From: an uncultured Prolixibacteraceae bacterium
GTDB lineage: Bacteria > Bacteroidota > Bacteroidia > Bacteroidales > Prolixibacteraceae
DNA: 64,000 nucleotides
Assembly: GCA_963769925.1 (NCBI GenBank)
Contig: CAVYOB010000018.1
Coordinates: 19,290 to 83,289 of the forward strand
Direction: 5' to 3'
The position numbers and the translations under genes were made by a program. Shown here piece by piece: positions 59,787-64,000 of the stretch; the first letter of the stretch is position 1, and the number at the start of each line of letters is the position of its first letter. The notes under the pieces are model-generated. The model was not told where the DNA came from, did not search any database, and was given only the letters and a program-made list of their open reading frames with translations.

Positions 59787-60830
59787 ATGAAAAGGAAAAT
59801 TATTTGGACAATCGTAGTTCTTGTCATTATAGTAGCAGGAATAGCCCTGATTAAAGCAAGAAAAAACAAGGAAAACAAACTCCCTGTGGCAAATTCTTAT
59901 GCCATCGTTGTTTCCACCATGACTCCCGAGTACGGTAATACACAACTCACACTGCCTTACATTGCACTGGTACAGAACGATGCAGACGTCAAGCTCTCGA
60001 CAAAAATAGCTGGCAGGGTTGATTTTATAAAACCAAGTGGTTCTAAAGTAAAGAAAGGTGAAGTAATTGCCAGACTTGATGATACCGACATTAGTAGTAA
60101 TATCAATAGTGTAGGTTCTCAAATTGACGCTACTGAAACTGCGCTGAAAAACCTGAATGCTACCCACCAACGAACCCTGGATTTATTGGCGGTTAAGGGC
60201 GCCAGTATCGAGCAATCGCAAAATGAAGAGAGCCATATTGCCGGTCTCGAAGCACAACTGGAATCGCTAAAACAAAAACGTAACGAAGCCAACAACATGT
60301 TGAGTTACGCGGAAATTAAAGCACCGGTTGACGGAACCTTGTCAAAAACCATGGTAAATATGGGCGATGTGGCTATGCCAGGGCACCCCGTTGGAACCAT
60401 AAGCGCCGCTAATGGCTCCTATTTTCTGGTAAGGGTACCGGGTGACCTGCAGGTTCGCGGGGTAAAATACCGGGGACAGTTCTTTGAAGCCATGCAACTC
60501 AACAGCACTTTTAACGGCCTGAGCGAATACAAAGTTTATATTAATAATCAAAATTTAACTACAGGATCCAGAGAACAGGTTGATGTGGTTGTCTTCGATG
60601 GTGAAGCGATAAAACTGCCACAGGATGCCATTTTAAACCGCGACGGGAAAAGCTATGCAATGGTTGTAGATGGCAACAAGGCAAAATCACAACTGGTAAA
60701 TATTCTCCAAACAGGAGAAGAAGGCCTTGTTGTCGATAATAAGGGATTGTTAAACAAACAGTTGGTTGTTGCCAAACAAGATGTCCTGTTAAAACTGGCA
60801 AGTGGTAGTTCATTAAAAATTAAAAACTGA
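59787..60830 (+). CDS. RND periplasmic adaptor (membrane fusion protein)
   Basis: N-terminal TM helix; GSKVKKGEVIARLD; coiled coil; IKAPVDG. Confidence 0.9.
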   Translation: MKRKIIWTIVVLVIIVAGIALIKARKNKENKLPVANSYAIVVSTMTPEYGNTQLTLPYIALVQNDADVKLSTKIAGRVDFIKPSGSKVKKGEVIARLDDTDISSNINSVGSQIDATETALKNLNATHQRTLDLLAVKGASIEQSQNEESHIAGLEAQLESLKQKRNEANNMLSYAEIKAPVDGTLSKTMVNMGDVAMPGHPVGTISAANGSYFLVRVPGDLQVRGVKYRGQFFEAMQLNSTFNGLSEYKVYINNQNLTTGSREQVDVVVFDGEAIKLPQDAILNRDGKSYAMVVDGNKAKSQLVNILQTGEEGLVVDNKGLLNKQLVVAKQDVLLKLASGSSLKIKN

Positions 60831-60835
60831 GAGCC

Positions 60836-63800
60836 ATGTTTAAATATTTTTATAATCGTCCTTATCTGCTCTATTCGCTGATAGCGGCATTCTTCATCAT
60901 GGGGATTGTAGGATTGATTGGCCTGCCCAAAAACCTGTTTCCCGATGCCAATCCACCACAGGTAATTGTTATTACCCAGGTTCCCGGCGCTACAGCACAG
61001 GTGGCGGCCAACACGGTATCCAAACCCATTGAGCAGGAAATTTCAAGGTTGGGCCTTGTAACCGATGTTAGTTCAATCAATGTTGCCAACTTTTCTATCG
61101 TAAAAGCTGACTTTGATTACAAAAAAAGCTTGAATGAAGCAGCAGTGGATGTAGCCAATGCTTTGTCTATTGCTAAAAGTAAACTCCCTGCCAATGTAAA
61201 CCCTTCTATATACACGGCAGGAGACTTTACACTGCCGGTTGATGTAATTGCCATTTCACCCAAAAACAACCAAATGACCTTGGGCGACATTCGTAAAGTT
61301 GCCGATAATTTCATCAAACCCTACCTGTTAAGTAATCCTGAAATAGGCAATGTTGAAGTTTTTGGGGGATACCAGGGAGCAATTAATATTGAACTCGACC
61401 CTTTTAAAGCCAAAAAATACGGCATTGATTTCGACAAGGTAGCCATGGCGCTTCAGGTATTAAATCGAGATATTCCGATTGGATTTGTAAAAAGCGAAAA
61501 CAGTTTTTATACCATTACCTACTACGGGGAAAAGGATGATGTGGAGCGGATAAAACAAATCAACCTGATGCCCAATGTAAAACTCGGTAATGTGGCCGAT
61601 GTAAATTGGGGATATGCAAAACGCACCAGCGGATATATAGGTAACGGAAAACCGGCTATTGCTTTGGCTATTCAACGTGCCCCCAAGGGAAGTGTGTTGG
61701 ATGTGAGCAAGGCTGCCCGTGCCGAAATGGCAAAATTAAAACAGCAATACCCAAATATTAATTTTGAAATTTCTGATACCCAGCGGAACCTTATCGAACT
61801 GGCAAACTCAAATATGTTGGAAGCATTGCGAGATGCCATTATTTTTACCCTTTTGGTCATTTTATTCTTTTTAGGCGATTTTAAAGCTATTGGTGCTGCA
61901 GCCATTACCATCCCGATGGTATTCTTTTCGACCATTGCCATTATTTGGTTGATGGGTGGACAACTCAACATTGTAATCTACACCGCTATTATCCTGGCCC
62001 TTGGATTGTTGACAGACAATGCAGTAGTCGTGCTCGAAAACATTGAGCGACATGTAAATAAGCTAAAAGAAGACCTGAATACAGCAGTTATTGAAGGTAC
62101 AAAAGAGGTAATAGCCCCGGTTTGGGCAGGTACCCTTGCCACCATCCTGGTGGTTTTCCCCTTGATGTTTGTAGGAGGTTTTCCTGAAAAAATATTCAAA
62201 CCTTTGATTTATACTTTAATCATTGCCCTTCTGGTTTCGTTTTTTTTATCCATCACCCTGATACCCCTTATTTTAAAATGGATGTTAAAGAACGGAACAA
62301 AGAAAAACAAAGTTGAAAAATGGTTCGACAAGATATATGACAACTCTTTTGGAAGATTGATTACCCCTTACCTGGGTGTATTGAAATTTTCAAACGGGAG
62401 ACATAAAATTTGGCGTCGGGTTTTATTAACTGTTGGCGTTGTGATATTACTGATTGTTAGTATGAAATCGATTATGCCTACGATTGGGAGAGACGCCATG
62501 CCACCAATGGACACCGGGATTATTAAAGCGCAGGTTGCTTTTAGTTCAAATGAAACGGTGAACAGTGCGGAAAAGAAAATCCAACCACTGCTCGAATGGT
62601 TGCAAAACCAAACATGGGCTGTAAAAAGCTCAGTTGCTTTTGGAAGCGAACCTGGTGTACTGAGTTTAGGCAGCGGCAACCTGCCAGCAGAAGCCACAAT
62701 TACTGTTAACTGTGTGGACCGTTTCAGCCGCAAACAGTCAATGTGGTCGCTGGAAGATACTATCCGTAACCGAATCGCCAATCTCGAGGGTGTCAAACGC
62801 AACGATGTTTTTGACTTTGGCGCCACAGCCTTATCGTCCATCAAGGCCTCGGTTGATGTTAGGTTGAAATCGCCAGTGGTAGATGGGCTGAGTGAAAAAG
62901 CTCACCAGGTAGAAGATGCAATTAAAACAGTAAAAGGGCTTACATCAGTTTCAACCAGTTGGGACAAGGATTTTAGTGAGATTGTACTGGATATCGATGA
63001 AAATAAAGCGCTTAGCTATGGCCTGAATCCCTACCAGATTGCCATGCAAATTCCCATAAAAGGACAGGTCGTCGGACTTGTATCTGACCTGCAGTCGATG
63101 AATACACAACCGATGCGCTTATACCTAAAAGGAAAATATAGTGAAAATGAGCAAACCCTTCGTTTACTACCTATCAAAACGAAATTCGGAGACATTCCAC
63201 TCGAACAGGTGGCCAAAATTTCGAAAGGCCTGACTTATGCAAAAATCGAACGCGATAAAATGCTATACAGCGTGGATATCAATGGTTACCGTTCACAACG
63301 TCCCATTACCCACCTGACGAATGATGCAGAGGCTGCCCTAAAAAACGTTAAAAGTGGCAATGATGTCATTATTACACAGGAAGGTGATATTGCGCAGATT
63401 AACGATAGTTTTCATCGAATGTTAAAAGCCATTGCTTTGGGCATTCTGCTGCTCACCATAGGGCTCATTGCCATTTACCGCTCAGTGCGAATGTCATTGA
63501 TAATGATTCTTGTTCTTCCGTTATCACTTATTGGTGCAGCCTGGGGTATGCTGATTTTCAACAAGCCAAGCTGTATGCCAAGTATGCTTGGAATCCTTCT
63601 GCTCTTTGGTATCATTATTAAGAATGCCGTACTCCTGATTGACTTCTACCAAAAGCACCGCGAATCAGGTGAGTCGCCATTTGAAAGTGCCATCGAAAGT
63701 GTAAAAATGCGTTACCGCCCGGTAATGATGACCGCCTTTGCTACAATTGCAGGTATGATACCTATTGCGGCTGAGATGGCCGTTGGTCTGGAGCGGCTTA

Positions 63801-63928
63801 GCCCTCTGGCCGATGTAGCTATAGGAGGATTGTTCATCGGAACACTTCTGACATTAATTTATGTTCCTATGTACGCATATATATTTGATAATAAAAAGGA
63901 TAAGACCATGTCTTCAATCAATAAATAA
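60836..63928 (+). CDS. RND efflux permease (AcrB/CzcA superfamily)
   Basis: 1030 aa; LFPDANPP, GLLTDNAVVVLENI, GIIIKNAVLLIDF, RYRPVMMT. Confidence 0.95.
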   Translation: MFKYFYNRPYLLYSLIAAFFIMGIVGLIGLPKNLFPDANPPQVIVITQVPGATAQVAANTVSKPIEQEISRLGLVTDVSSINVANFSIVKADFDYKKSLNEAAVDVANALSIAKSKLPANVNPSIYTAGDFTLPVDVIAISPKNNQMTLGDIRKVADNFIKPYLLSNPEIGNVEVFGGYQGAINIELDPFKAKKYGIDFDKVAMALQVLNRDIPIGFVKSENSFYTITYYGEKDDVERIKQINLMPNVKLGNVADVNWGYAKRTSGYIGNGKPAIALAIQRAPKGSVLDVSKAARAEMAKLKQQYPNINFEISDTQRNLIELANSNMLEALRDAIIFTLLVILFFLGDFKAIGAAAITIPMVFFSTIAIIWLMGGQLNIVIYTAIILALGLLTDNAVVVLENIERHVNKLKEDLNTAVIEGTKEVIAPVWAGTLATILVVFPLMFVGGFPEKIFKPLIYTLIIALLVSFFLSITLIPLILKWMLKNGTKKNKVEKWFDKIYDNSFGRLITPYLGVLKFSNGRHKIWRRVLLTVGVVILLIVSMKSIMPTIGRDAMPPMDTGIIKAQVAFSSNETVNSAEKKIQPLLEWLQNQTWAVKSSVAFGSEPGVLSLGSGNLPAEATITVNCVDRFSRKQSMWSLEDTIRNRIANLEGVKRNDVFDFGATALSSIKASVDVRLKSPVVDGLSEKAHQVEDAIKTVKGLTSVSTSWDKDFSEIVLDIDENKALSYGLNPYQIAMQIPIKGQVVGLVSDLQSMNTQPMRLYLKGKYSENEQTLRLLPIKTKFGDIPLEQVAKISKGLTYAKIERDKMLYSVDINGYRSQRPITHLTNDAEAALKNVKSGNDVIITQEGDIAQINDSFHRMLKAIALGILLLTIGLIAIYRSVRMSLIMILVLPLSLIGAAWGMLIFNKPSCMPSMLGILLLFGIIIKNAVLLIDFYQKHRESGESPFESAIESVKMRYRPVMMTAFATIAGMIPIAAEMAVGLERLSPLADVAIGGLFIGTLLTLIYVPMYAYIFDNKKDKTMSSINK

Positions 63929-64000
63929 CAACAAGTTAGGTTAGTCGGGCTTGATAGTCTGACTAATCTAATCAGTTTAAGTTTCATAAAATGTCAAAAG

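Overview
AT-rich Bacteroidota DNA; the SusC/SusD pair, hybrid two-component system, T9SS C-terminal domains and TAnnTTTG promoters point to Bacteroidales/Marinilabiliales (inference). In order: the end of trpB, a GIY-YIG nuclease gene bracketed by inverted repeats, and trpA; a duplicated promoter/hairpin/terminator leader, one copy before a dead susC stub and one before an intact susC-susD-lipoprotein operon; a cyclophilin, a serine peptidase and initiator tRNA-Met. A ~37 kb accessory block follows with six T9SS-CTD surface proteins, including a papain-LRR fusion and two giant adhesins, each adhesin preceded by its own membrane-bound AraC-type regulator. Next is an ArsR-led arsEFG/arsP-like cluster extended by a split-Soret-like cytochrome, thioredoxins, a ferredoxin, FmdE and a ProC-like protein, then an opposite-strand Kef antiporter/DUF3124 pair and a TetR-TolC-MFP-RND operon. 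Many genes carry single-base frameshifts that may be assembly errors. All family calls are by motif recognition; no database search was run.
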